This document shows positions 26,145 through 38,880 of a stretch of DNA of 64,000 nt, piece by piece. Position numbers and translations under genes: made by a program. The DNA lies in contig OZ076409.1 in the NCBI GenBank assembly GCA_964187785.1, forward strand, positions 37,760,001 through 37,824,000, in the 5' to 3' direction. How positions within the stretch are numbered: position 1 is the stretch's first letter; each line of letters starts with the position of its first letter. The notes below the pieces were generated by a model, which had not been told where the DNA came from, made no database searches, and saw only the letters and a program-made list of their open reading frames with translations. The DNA comes from Amphiscolops sp. MND2022 (Eukaryota).

Positions 26145-29100
26145 CTAATAGTCGGATTTCATCAACTGGTCCCATAGTCTACATCGGGCCACATCGGACA
26201 GGCGAGTGACCTGCATGTCACTCATCTCACATACTCGCAGTAGCCCAGTAAGAGTTTGACGTGTATGACCCGAAAAGGACTTGGCAAGCCATCTCCGCAC
26301 AAATTGTAGACTGGAACGTAGGGTATCCACTGGCATCGTGCACGTCGTCGACAAAATTTTGTTCGTAAGTTCCAACTACATTCAATCCAAACAGAATGTT
26401 GATCAAGGTCAACAACTCTCGACACCGAGACCAGTAGAGGTAAGAGCATTACGATACACATGCCGGTACGAACTAGCAGGATCCTGCTAGTTCGATTTTT
26501 GTCCAATCAGAGCGCGAATATTTTTTTTGGAAATATAGTTAAAATTCCTGTTAAAATAGGAAACCTGTTGACAGATCAATCAATTGTACTAATTAGAAGC
26601 TACAAGGTATTTTATTTGCACGTAAATGCGTGGATGAAACACACGTGTTCACGTGTGCAACTTGCATTGAATGCAGTTTATACGTACTATGCACGGTAGA
26701 GCTCAGTAATGATAACTAATTATTTATTGAATCATTGTTTACTTTGACTGGTTTATGATGCTGTGGTATGAATTAGAATTAAAATGAACACTGAGTTTTG
26801 AATGCATATAAACATGGTGTAAGTTAGTCAAAACTTTGACCACATTCCACTTTTCGGAAGTATAGGAGTCCCTCAATTTGCAAAAAGTGGAAGTTAGTCA
26901 ACGTTTTGACTGACTTACGAAAAAGAGTATTTTTGGACTAACTTCCGCTTTTTTTCTAATTACGTGTTTTGACTAACTTACACAATTTTCCATTACGCGC
27001 GTTGATTTTGCTACACCGTTGAAGCATAGACCGTCTTGACTAACTTACGCTGAATGACCATTTTACCATTTTACTCAGATTACGCAGCTTGACTGACAGC
27101 AGCTTACCGGTACGTGTATCGTAATGAGAGCCACATCGTTACCACGTCATCTACTACAGGTGCACTTTCGGTTAGTGTCCATTTCTTCTTGAAGAATTGC
27201 GTTACTTCCCGATATTGCCTGAGAACAGCCGTAGCATTGTCACCATCCAAAAGTTGGAACCTAGAAAAAGTAGCGCACGTTCCGACAAAGGCATTAATAC
27301 ACGGATCGTCAGATCCTCTCTGAATCAATTCTGGCTCAAACGGTGTCATACTGAAGTGACCAATGGCACCTGGTTCCCACGTCCCTGTTAATTTCCCGAA
27401 CAATAACGCCCAGCAACTTCGGTACAGATCTATAGAAGAATGGCAACTGAGTTCGTACGTCATAAAAAGAAAGGTTCTCGTCCACTGCCACGTACTCGTA
27501 GTCCACAGGTTAGGCACTCACTTCAAATTCAGCAGGGATAAATGGCGGAGATTATACAGAGCACATAAGTTTTCGAATGAATTGTGACAGCTCGCGCTCT
27601 GCTAACGTGTTGCTGTCTCTGTCACTTCTGCACAAACGTGGACCAGTCTCGACCACTGCAAACACAAAAGAAAACACATGAGTCATCGGCCGTACCTCTT
27701 TTCGGTTTGGAATTCTTTTACCAAAAACGCTGTCTTGAAAAACGTGCCTATGTCTAGCCCCTTGCTACATCAGACCAAATTCAACACTCTCACAAAAAAA
27801 TTTTTTAAAGCAACGTGTAACACTAACGCAAATCCATAATGAGTCGAAACACAGCAAACCGAGGGCGCATCATTGCATCCTCAAAAAGTTGCCCCCCAAG
27901 CGGAGTTACCAGACGCAACTCAGAAGTTACATTAGGCCGGTGAGTGCCGAAGTACACAGCGTGATCGTTCCAGTACTCGACGACCTCAAGACACAATGAT
28001 GCCAGCAAAACCACATCGCTCCCTCCAAATTGAATGATTTGCAAAACCAGAACAAAACAAAGTTTTGACCCAATCTACATACTGTTATAGTCTCTATGCC
28101 CAACGTTTTCCTTTGCAAAAAAATATATGTGTATATTAACAAACAATGTCATAGGCATAACCACTTCATGAAAATTAAACTAATTACTTACTCGTCTCAG
28201 TTTCGGCAATCGATCCACCAAGCCCTTGTGCACCACAGCGGCTAAGCGCACACCGAATTCTGCTAGGAATTGCTTCCTCACGAGATCCAACAACCACGTT
28301 TGAGTCACTCGATCGACAACCAAGGGATGAGTGATTCCAATTGTTGCTGCTACAGTGTATCCAATACATGACTCCAACTCAGTGCTGTACATCCTGATAC
28401 TGGGAAAAATGTTGCAAACTGAGCAACAATGGTACCACATTAGCAACCATCCTCGTCTCCCATCCAGTTCCAACAACCAACACACCCAGAAAAGCCGTCT
28501 TGATCGAACAGTCCCCGACTACGTGACACTCGCAGATCCAATCAGTGTTATGCCTTCTGTTGCTTACGCCCACGCTCTTTCCACGGGCTAGCAGACTGTC
28601 AAACTGCTCAACGACGAACTCGTACAGTCCGTACAGCACCAGACTCTTTTAACACATAAAAACATCCTCATGACGTCCTCACTTCCACATCATCACAGAA
28701 AAATACAAACACTAGTGTTCATGACACCAAGTACACACTTTCCCCCTCCCTCAAAAACCACTAACTGTAGTTACATGTAAACGCTCTTTCACAAGCAAAG
28801 AAACGTCCATACATACCTGACAATGGGCACACCTGACAAAGGAGCGACACGTAGTTCAGCACTCATACTATCCCGCCACGACTCCATCATTCTCATCACA
28901 GCACCCAACGAGGTAACATTGCAAAAACTGTTTATAAAGTGGCCTAGCCACAGGTAAGCCACGCTCTCAGTAGCCAATGTTGGTCTCTCACCAGAGGATG
29001 CTTCGGCCTCCTCGATCGCTATCCTCTCGTCCACAAACAAACTCAGCTCTGACTCTAGAAAGACTGGAGGCTCCGTCATCCTCTCTTGGCGAATGCGTTT

Positions 29101-30680
29101 ATCCTCATCTGCTGTTACAGGACGACAAGCTTTGTCAAGAAGTGGCATCTGCATCATGATGCGGTTTTTCTGCTCTAGGCCGGTGTATTGTACACGCCGC
29201 CAATGCTCCCACAATAAGAACAGTCCGCGACCAGCAAAACTAAGATCGGCTTTACACAGTCAGCACCGAGCATACCCGTCCACCACACGTTTGTGTCGGG
29301 GAAACCAACGAAGGTCCCCACCGCTCCAGACACGAAGTACAAAGGCTTCAGAGTCTTTACTTCCTTTGTACGAGTTGTAACAGTAAAACACCCCAATCAC
29401 AAAACTCCAAGAAAAAAAACAAAAAAGAAAGTGTTTTGTATCGTCTCCCGTGTGCCTTGAGTTTAGGAAAGGTTTCTAAAACCCTCACATGATCTTTTGA
29501 GAGTTCATTACCAGGTTTAGATGATGTAGCAGCTCCTCCATCCCTCGACACCAAAGACCGCAATCCACCGAACGCAGTTGATACTTCGGAGATCTGACTC
29601 AGACTAATGGATGCCGCACCACTAACGGCACCCGAACTGCTAGGCACGTCTAATTGAATGGAAGGCACAGCTGCCACTGCCAAATATTGATCCGCCCCGC
29701 TCCCAGAGTGCAATTCAGACTCCGCAAGTTGGCCCATGGCTGTCTTCAGCTTCTGCACAAAGCCTTCAATTGAAAGTACAACAGTAGGAGCCAACTATCC
29801 AAACTTCGAATCTATTACTGCCTTGATTGTTTCGGACAACTCTTTTGTCATGTGATGCAGTGAGGACATCAATTATGCCCTCGTTACGGATGCGCCGACA
29901 GACGTTCCTACAAAAACATTGGTTTCCTCACTTGTTATATGTCACCCTACAGACGAAACACAGTAGACTCCAGCAACGAATGGCGAATGGAAATATTCTC
30001 GCAATAATGTACAACAGTCAACTACCCTGTTGACCGGCGAGAAAGGTTTTGAAGCGGTCCTCACCCACTGTCACTTCTGTTGATCCACTTGCACCAACAC
30101 CATGTTTTGACTCAAGAAATGTACGAAGTACCCGCACGATGTCTACCAATGACAACTGTTCTAAAGCACAAATGTTTAATTAGCAACAACATCTGTTACC
30201 CAGAGCATTAGATCCCGGGAAGTACACATGACTTGATGCTAGCACTGCTCTAATGACATACTGGCACACGATAATTCAGAATGCTCTGACGGAAGAGAAC
30301 CTTAAACAGTTACTTCTTCGAAAAATTGCCTGCAATCTACTAGTAAGGACACACTGTCCTACAAATCTAACTACTGACTACGAACGAGACAAAAGAAGAA
30401 ACGAGAGTGTTCACGGAATTCACTTGACAGTGCAATTCCCAGTAATGTGTTGGCGCATCGTTGTTGGAAGCAGTCACCTGACCTGCGAAGCGACAACACG
30501 TTCCAGTAAGGATGCCCTCCGGACAAGACTTCCTCTGCAACAGCAGGTAAATCACTGCCCACCGACGAGAAGCTGAATTGTTCAAGCTCGGTGAATACAC
30601 CCTCTGCAGCTAACACAGCTGCAGCGACATCTGCTTCAGCCTGAGAATCCCCCTCCTGCGCCGACGAAGTCTTAATGATA
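26145..30680 (-). pseudogene. Antisense seven-exon BED-finger/hAT-transposase-like gene of element B (decayed, 3' truncated)
   Basis: Introns (+ coords) 30161-30414, 29908-30025, 29375-29511, 28646-28816, 28039-28191, 27656-27827, at the same protein positions and phases as in C. Two acceptors read CAA instead of CAG. Confidence 0.8.
26447..27126. mobile_element. MITE (CATTACGATACAC TIRs, 2-bp TSD) inserted in the last exon of B's antisense gene
   Basis: Inverted termini CATTACGATACACATGCCGGTA / TACCGGTACGTGTATCGTAATG. Removal with one AG copy restores the frame MWLSYLYW, matching C's LWVSYSHW. Confidence 0.8.
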
Positions 30681-31039
30681 ACAACAATCAGGTCTGAAAA
30701 ATGATAAAGTTGAGGCTATCAAACTAGAAGCACACAGTCGTTTGCGATTTACTGAGGTTCAAAGTATCTTCTAACGATCATGTGGACTGATCACCCACAC
30801 TATCTATGCAAAGAAACTACCCGGAAATTACAAAGGGACAACCTAATTTCCGAAATTAGTCTACCATCCTCCTTCTAAAAGGGTCAACGCCTACTCGAAA
30901 TTTTCTTCAAAATCACCATACAACTCCCTGGCTTAACCTAACCATAGCCCACTTGATCATTAGTACCGTTACTCAGTAAGCCGCGGCCGAACTGAACTGC
31001 TAGAGAATATCACAAATGAAGATAGTGGAGAGGAATTTG

Positions 31040-31260
31040 CATCTCGTAATTGGCATCGACGAAGAATTGTTTACAAAGCGCACGACAATTCAATACATTC
31101 TCTTCCGAACACTTTCCGAACCAGCCGAGTAATTATATACGCTGCCACGTTAGATTAATTTCCGGTGAATTCAATTCTATTTCCAACTCTTCTACAATGC
31201 GCACGGCTGGTTAGCGTGGCTACTCGCGCCACATCAATTCACACTTTACTCCCGGACGAA
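31040..31260 (-). promoter_or_regulatory. Candidate promoter of B's antisense gene
   Basis: Non-coding block strongly conserved with 55563-55790. Minus-strand TATATAA (31133-31139), CCGGAA and ACGTG motifs. Confidence 0.55.
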
Positions 31261-31515
31261 GTGGAAAAATCAATGCGCAAATACAATTTCTTCCTCTTGC
31301 TTGCTGACTCGAGACGAATTATCTATCCGACTATGGACATTGTGCAGCCGATTAGTCACTACCAATGTGGTTGCCATGACCACAGCATTGCTACCTTCTA
31401 CCGACGAATACAGTTGAACAATTTCCAACTCAGAATGCTGTCCAATTTTACTCTCAAAACGAAGTGCTCATTCACCATCCCCGCAACATATTTCTTTTTC
31501 AAAAAAGACCCGGAG

Positions 31516-32430
31516 TTTCATGCCTGATGCATGAGAAGATTGAACAAAAGAAGTGGCTAACCACCCAACATTCCAGAGCTGAAACAAACCAAAATACAGT
31601 ACACGAATACTGGCGAAGGAAAAGAATGTGGTTAACTAAACCACATCATGGAACTTAAACACGAACCTTTCAAATGCGTCATTTATATTTAATTTCCCAA
31701 TCATAACCCATACATTCTCTACGTGTACATTTTATATCAATTTCTTGATATATTAGTTGATTGTACAAGTAATGTGGCTGACGCACCATCATCAGTTTTT
31801 ATTTTAATGCAGTTAACCTCGTGAACAATGCTTACATTAACCATTTGCTCATACGATGAAAGAAATATAACTACATTGCAGTACCAAACGAGTAAACCAA
31901 TTAGTGAGTCATGTAACTATGGTAACACGTGTACATTATATTTCGGTGCAATACCAAATTTAGTCTTAAAATGCGCAATTAGTAATCGAGGTGCGATTTC
32001 ACACCATAAATATAGTGCAATATGATTGGCCGATGTGGTCACGTGACCAACATCGACATACTCAATTGAAGACGAGAGTGCGCAATCATTAGATTTTGAG
32101 AAGCCATAGATGGTCAACACTAGATCTCAGAGAGTAGGAAATAATTCAGTAAATATGAGCGGAATGGATAGAGATAGTAATGCCGAGAGTGAAGATAGTG
32201 CGCATGATGTTCTCACAAGAGAACAAATGAACGAGTTTGACAACGGCAACTTGCTAGATTACCGAACTGAGGCTGAACGACGTGCAGTAAACCAACGATT
32301 CACCGAAATGAATAAACAAATAGTGAACTAACGAACTTAGTTCTTACCCTGACAGAAAAGATATCCTCTAGCAATAGACAAGGGAACGTTCTGAGTACTG
32401 CCTCAAATGAACAAGACACACGTTTCGACA
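31516..32430 (+). repeat. 3' LTR of element B (915 bp), contains gag start MVNTRSQ at 32110
   Basis: Direct repeat of the 5' LTR, ends CGACA. Confidence 0.88.
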
Positions 32431-33950
32431 GTGGGGCAGAAAAGAGCCAGCCAGCAGTTTTTGTATATTGTGACCCATTTTAATTGTTTTATTCGTATGG
32501 TTTTTTTTAACAAGAACATCAGAGCTAAAGAAATTAGATTTCGTCAGAATGAGAATTGAGTTCAAATTGAAAGATCGTTTTAAGAGTTTTTTTGGGGTGA
32601 AACTACATGGATTTTTTTTAAAATGTTTTATAGGTTGCAGGGAAATTTTTTAAAAGCACTTTGAAATGCTGCCAGCATTTTCCAAGTTGCCTGGTAATTT
32701 TGCAAAATTTTATAAGTTGCCTTTTAATTTTACAGAAATTTTACAGGCATGGTCCCTGATTTTTCCATGTTTTATAAAAAAAAATTAGCCGGCATTTTTT
32801 GAAGGTGTCTGTAAAACTTCGCGGCAACTTCGACCAGGGTAGTATTAAGTGTCCTGACACCAATGATGCTTACACTCTTTGAGTACCTGATTTCTCTTAT
32901 TTATCTTTTGTTCTCCGAGACGGGAGAAGTTTCACCGATATGCAATCACCTGGAGAGTCCAAAGCGTCTTGAATTTCTCACACCGCCTTGAAGCATCTGA
33001 GTTTATGGACTTTTAAGCTTCCGAGCACTGATAGCAAATGCATGTGCACGTAATTGTCATTGCCTATAATCAGCCTTGCGCGGCCATATAATGTAATATT
33101 TCTCTTTTCTTCAAGACCTCAAAACCTTTAATTAAAAAAATTAAAATTGTTGCAATCTAGAGGACCGCACGCTTTCTAATCAGCAAGATTACCCCACCCT
33201 GAAACATGTCGAAACATTAAATTGGCAACCTTGAACTTCTAGCATTGCGCAATCTTGAGATTGAGAACTGAATTGGTTTGGGAGTTGAGTCTGGAGCTTT
33301 TGTGCGTTGCACGAGCTAATATATGCAAAGATTAGAATCTACTCTGTAAACCTACCAGGCTTTAAGAAGGGCTGCCAATCACTGAAAAGTATATGTTGCG
33401 CTTTTGTTACTTTTATATAGGTACCCATTAAGCGACTTTGAACAAATGTGTTAGATGGGATAGTCCAAATATGAACATTTTATAACATTTGGTGAACACG
33501 ATAAGTTTAATCTCCCCTCCCTTAAAACTGTGCATGCAATACTATCAAATTCCTCTAAATCCTTCTCCACTTGAGGTCACTTCTAGCCACATTTCATTCA
33601 CATTTATTTCGCCTAGCAGGTAGCCAGTTTTTGCGTAATTCACATAATGACTGAGTTTCATTTATTGCTTAAATTAGTCACACCACTTCATTAGCAGTGT
33701 TTTAGAAGCTCCTTTTGAAAACAGAGTTACAAAAGTTTTATTTTGAAATCACGATTTAATCTCAACGTTGGTGACTTACGACAGTTAGTAGGTTATTTTT
33801 AATATTTTGAAGTTCCTATTTCAATTTTCAAAGATTTTCAGAGAGAGAAAGTTTTCAAAATTAAGTTAATTTTCTCTCAAAATGTTCAACCGAAGTCGAA
33901 AATAAAACACTATTTTCTATTATGCACTAACTTTTGCAAACAAGTGAAAA

Positions 33951-34694
33951 CCCAGCGATCGAAGACATGGTACGCTTGCCAAGAACCATGGTAAATCGCT
34001 AGCTAGCCTCGCCAAGACCTTACCATGATTTACCATGATCTTGGCAAGGATGCCAAGACTAACCATGTTCTTGACAAGGGTTCCATGGTAGCAAAACCTT
34101 TTTTTGGTAACTCTTATTTTCTAATTCTATTCATTTTTATTGCACTAGTTTCTAGAACTTCAGTAAATTCAACACGTTACCTCAATAGGTGAGGTATTAG
34201 CAAGATTAACAAATCATAGCTAGAAAAGTTTTCCACCGATATCGCAAACCCTCAAGTTGTAATAACTTGATTCGATGTTTGCTTTGTATATTAATTTATG
34301 ATAGTAGTAACAATGCCGTGCTCTCAAGTAACAAAACTCGGTCAATAGGTGCAGCAAATTATTGAGAATTGTTGTGTACTTTTCAGTTTAAAAAACTTTT
34401 TTTTCGATAAAAAACAGTTATGTCCGAAGTTATCAGAACGACTTAGTCAGAAATTGGAGTCGACAAGAAATTTTTATGAAAAGAATAAAATATACCATTG
34501 AAAACAGCTCACGTGTCTTACCATGGTTATCTTGCCAAGATCTTGCCATGATCTTGCCTTGACATTGCCATGATCTTGACAAGCGTTCCTTGTATCATGA
34601 TTAGCCATGATCTTGACAAGGGTACCATGGTTAACCATGATTTAGCAAGATTAACCATGATCTTGGCAAGCGTAGCGTGTCTTCGATCGCTGAG
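33951..34694. mobile_element. Non-autonomous TIR element (CCC end, 2-bp TSD AA), same subterminal array type as 4202-5351
   Basis: CCCAGCGATCGAAGACA / TGTCTTCGATCGCTGAG. Confidence 0.7.
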
Positions 34695-34741
34695 AACACT
34701 GAAGGATTATTTTTATGGCCAAAAGCGGCGAGGTGCTACCA

Positions 34742-35610
34742 CCCAGGTTTTCGATCTTTGTGAATCTGTGCAGATCTGCAGGATTTTTCTGCAGGGTTCT
34801 GCAAAGATCGTTGCACTGAATCTTGAAGATCCATACAGATCTGCAAGATCTTTACAAAAGTGTGCAGATTTTCTTTAAAGATTTTTGCAGAAATATGTTT
34901 TCTGCAGCTTTCAAGGAACCAATATACTGCACTTTTGGACTTCTTCAACTACTTTATTGAGTATTTTAGCTGACGTAAGGTCAGTCAGCAGAAATTCTCC
35001 ATGACTCAAAATTCATGAGAAGGAAATATTGTCCTCATCACGGTAATTTTGGTGTCTGGGGAATATTTGGTATAGGTCATACACTACTTTATGTATTTCA
35101 CTCTAACTTTCCAGAAGCAGTTGTTCAACTTTGGGAGGCTCGTTTTCCTTATTGACTTCGTTTTGGCAGATAAAACTTGACATGTGGCAACCTTTTGGGT
35201 TGGTCGATGTGTTGATAAAGTGTTGTTGTTATAATATTTCTGCAACATAGTTTGCTGGAGTATTTGTAGTAATTGCTGTTAACTTGGAATACGTTATAGT
35301 AACTTATTGATCATTGTTTGGCTCTGTAAAGGTCTGTAAAGATCTGTAATCTCTACAGATCTTTACAGATTGCTACAGAAAATGTTTCATCATTTTGACA
35401 TAAATGAGACTTCTCTCCAGTTTTAAACATTTTTATTACTCGTTTGACATCGCTGTTGGGTTTTTATTGTGTTTCTGAGTACGTCAGTTTTTTTTCGATT
35501 CTGCACATCTCTGCAAAGATCTGCAAAAATTCTGCAGATCTGCACATATCTGCAAAGATCTGCAAATATCATGCAGATCTGCACAGATTCGCAAAGATCA
35601 AAAACCTGGG
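34742..35610. mobile_element. Non-autonomous TIR element (CCC...GGG, 2-bp TSD CA), relative of 1291-2099
   Basis: ~38-bp TIR CCCAGGTTTTCGATCTTTGTGAATCTGTGCAGATCTGC and its near-perfect inverse. Confidence 0.8.
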
Positions 35611-37909
35611 CATACATGAATCAGCCACAATCGAAAATGAAATACTTTAATTCCATATTTTTGATTCAGAAAAATCATTCATTTACTATGGTTGTTATCC
35701 ATTGTTGAGAGGCTTATTGCAGTTTTGTCCGCTTTTGCATCACACTGCCAGCGGGCGATGCTCCTTGTCACGCTCCTTGTCAGTCTATAGATTGGGTTTC
35801 GAACCTCACTTTGAGGTAGTTTTTTGCGTCTTTGGAAGCTTCCCCACTAGTATATTTATCAGAAAACGGTAGGCGATTTTGAGGCAGACTTTTTATTACC
35901 ACCAAAAGACTTTCTCCGTTTTTTGATCTTCAAATAATTTTGCAAGATCTTAGTGGAAATAGGAAAGACAGTGCAAACGATGGCTGAATCATTTAGAAAA
36001 ACCACATTTCTTGAGAAAAAATCTTAGATCTGTTGGATACTTTTGTTTCACAACAGCCTCTGTCTTTAACTTATATAACGTAGGTGAGACCGCTTTGAAT
36101 TGTTATATGCTGCAGGCCTGCATGGAGAATAACTTTTTAAAATCAAAAAGAAAAAATAAAATCAAAAAAACATATGGAAATCAGGAAGCTTCCGTTGGTA
36201 CACCAGTGTAGAATTAAATTGCAGTTTCCACTAATGCAATTGACATCGGGAATGATTTCCGCTTAGTCACCGGCTCGATTACCTTGTTTACGCGCATTGG
36301 TTTCTGACCTGCTCACTTGAGGTAATCAACGCTTCCCGAATGACACGCTGATGATACTAGTTTAAAGTGACTGGGGGATGATGTTTTGCATTGAAATGTA
36401 AACTTGATAACGTCTTAACTGTATTTTGCACGTCTCAAGATGGCGCCCACTTGAAAACTCAACAAGCGCAAAATCTGGAAAATGCCCACAGTGACTTCAA
36501 GCAACTTCTCATAACTTTAAGAGATCAAAAAACCCAAAAGGGCACCGTGTAGTCTCAAAAAACGCTTTTCTCTCAGTCAAAATTATTCAAAAATACTCAA
36601 TGGGTGAAACAATTGTTCCTGAAGAATGGTTCACAGTGCCAAAAGACACAAGAGAAGGGACCATTTATGCTCAGTAATCGACAATTCTGAAGTTAAAACA
36701 GTGAAAACCGAAGGGGTGACCCTTGGGTGAAAAATTTTTCTTCTGGAAAAGTCGCACAGGGCCGAAAACCCATAATGGCTGAGCCTCTACTACTTCCTAG
36801 AATTTTTGATGTTTTTAGTTGGTCCTAGATACATTTTAGTCTGGCTTCACGATGATATGAAGTCACTGCAGAAAATGAACAAAATGAAGATGAACAATTG
36901 AAGAAAATGAACAAAAAATGCCCGATTCAGTGTAACCACCGACAAAAAAACATGCCTCCGTAAGATTCGGGCACCTTTTGGTATTCAGCAAAGCCCGGAT
37001 TTAAAAAACTGACACATAATGAAACCTTCAAAACTGCATATGTTCAAGTTGTAGCACTGACATATCTTTCAAGCAGCTTGATAAAAGTTTGTTTCAACCG
37101 GAAAAATGTTGGCATGAAAGTTACTGAGACTTTTTGAACATTATGAAGGTTATTGTCAACCTTGAAGAGCATGTACAAAATTTAAGTAGTTTCAAGTAGG
37201 TTTCAATTTCAAGGACTTCCGGCTCTTTATCATATACCGGGAAGTCATGTCTTGGTGTATCGGGTTTGAGTACCAAGCTGGACCCCTGGACTGGAAAAGT
37301 TCCGTGAAAACTTTCTTAGTAGTTGGAGATCGACGCCTAACTTTGTAGTACTGACGCAAAGTAGTTCAATTTGTTGTAGGCACTTTCTGTTTGATATAGA
37401 AACGCAGCAAGATTCACGACGTTCGGCTATTACTCTCATGAAACGATACCACGAATCTCTATGTTACTTAGAGATATAAATGTTCTCATTGTGGAGCTTT
37501 CGTGAGCATTCAATTTCGTAAGAAATTTAAAAGACACACACAACGTAACTATCTGAGAAATGGTTGCTCGCAGGCTTCAAAAGTCCATCTTTTATAGAAT
37601 AAATGAAACTTTTGCGGAAATCGGTTTTTGTGAACAAATTTAATGTTTCTGCACAAAAGTTGCGCTTCGCCTGATAACCATGGAGACTATAAAACATTAA
37701 AATCAACGGTGGACAAACGACACAGCGGCTTTGTTGATTTTGTTCGGCAAATCTGCTGAAACGTCGTTAGAAAAACGTAGTCACCTTCAAGACTTATCTG
37801 ACTGCCAAAAATAATAAAAAACACTGAATTTCTTCCATAGTTTCATAAATTAAAAACATTCAAAACTTTAGAAAAGGCAGTGTTCATAATTATTAAATAG
37901 AAAGAAGTA

Positions 37910-38880
37910 ATTATAAAACATTACATGAGACCAAGAATCGCTACTTCAACGTATAGGAGCTCCAACATTTCTTACCAAGTTCTGATCTAAATGCCTCATG
38001 CTAAAACCTGGTAAAAAATTGTTTACTTTTTTGCTTAGCAGTAACATAAGCATATTTTTTGTTTTAATAGATTCAGGTAGGGTGTTCCACAGTGCTATTG
38101 CTCTTTTGAAAAAGCATTTCCCCATAAAGTCAGTTCGTTGTATTAGGTTAAAATATTCCCATATCGTTCTGTTTTGTTTTCCAAGAACTGCAGTGGATGG
38201 TTTCATTTCCTTAAGAAAGCAGGTATTAGATTGTTTTTAAATTTCCAGAAATAAATCGATGCTTTAGTGTTGAGAAAATAACGAATTGGCATAACGTCAG
38301 ACATAAGTTTAAGGTCAAAGAAACTATCATATTTATTTCTATAAAAAACAACCATTGATGCCCCAATTGTGTTGTTTTTCAGATTGTTAACAGATTTTCA
38401 GTAAAACCATTCAGAAGAACGGCAGAATAATGCAGATGGTTCATTATTAGAGCAATAAAGAGCAAAAGTCGAGCATTAGTTGGTCAGGAAATCACGCAGT
38501 GCGTAAAGTGTTTTGATCCCACGAGTCATTTTTCAAAGAATATTTTTAACATCATTTTCATAAATGAGATTACGTTCCATGTAGACTCCCAAGTAGTTGA
38601 CATTTGCTGAAGTTTGTATTATTTCATTTTTCGCACGTAAGGTGCAATTCTGGGTCGCATTATTTTTCCAAGGTTTGTAAAAAACAATGATTTCTGTTTT
38701 GTTAGCATTGACCGTCAAACGATGACACTGGAAAAAGTGAATGAGTTTGTCTATCTCATTTTCTAAAATAGAGATGACTTCTTCATGTTTCGATGAGAGG
38801 TATAAATCATAGTGTCGTCTGCATATTGAGCCAGTTCCGTTGTTTCACCGATCATTTGCTGCAGAGGGTGTTTGATGTAA
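37910..38880 (-). pseudogene. 3' fragment of a LINE ORF2 (CR1/L2/Jockey-group-like)
   Basis: Minus-strand ELAQYADDT (~38810-38840), TVNANKTEIIVF, YLGVY and FFKRAIALWNTLPESIK. Confidence 0.75.

Larger units (their letters stand above)
16866..32430 (+). mobile_element. Ty3/Gypsy LTR retrotransposon B (~15.6 kb incl. insertions), carries an antisense spliced gene
   Basis: LTRs 16866-17570 and 31516-32430, probable TSD GGGGG/GTGGG, gag-pol homologous to element C. Confidence 0.92.
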
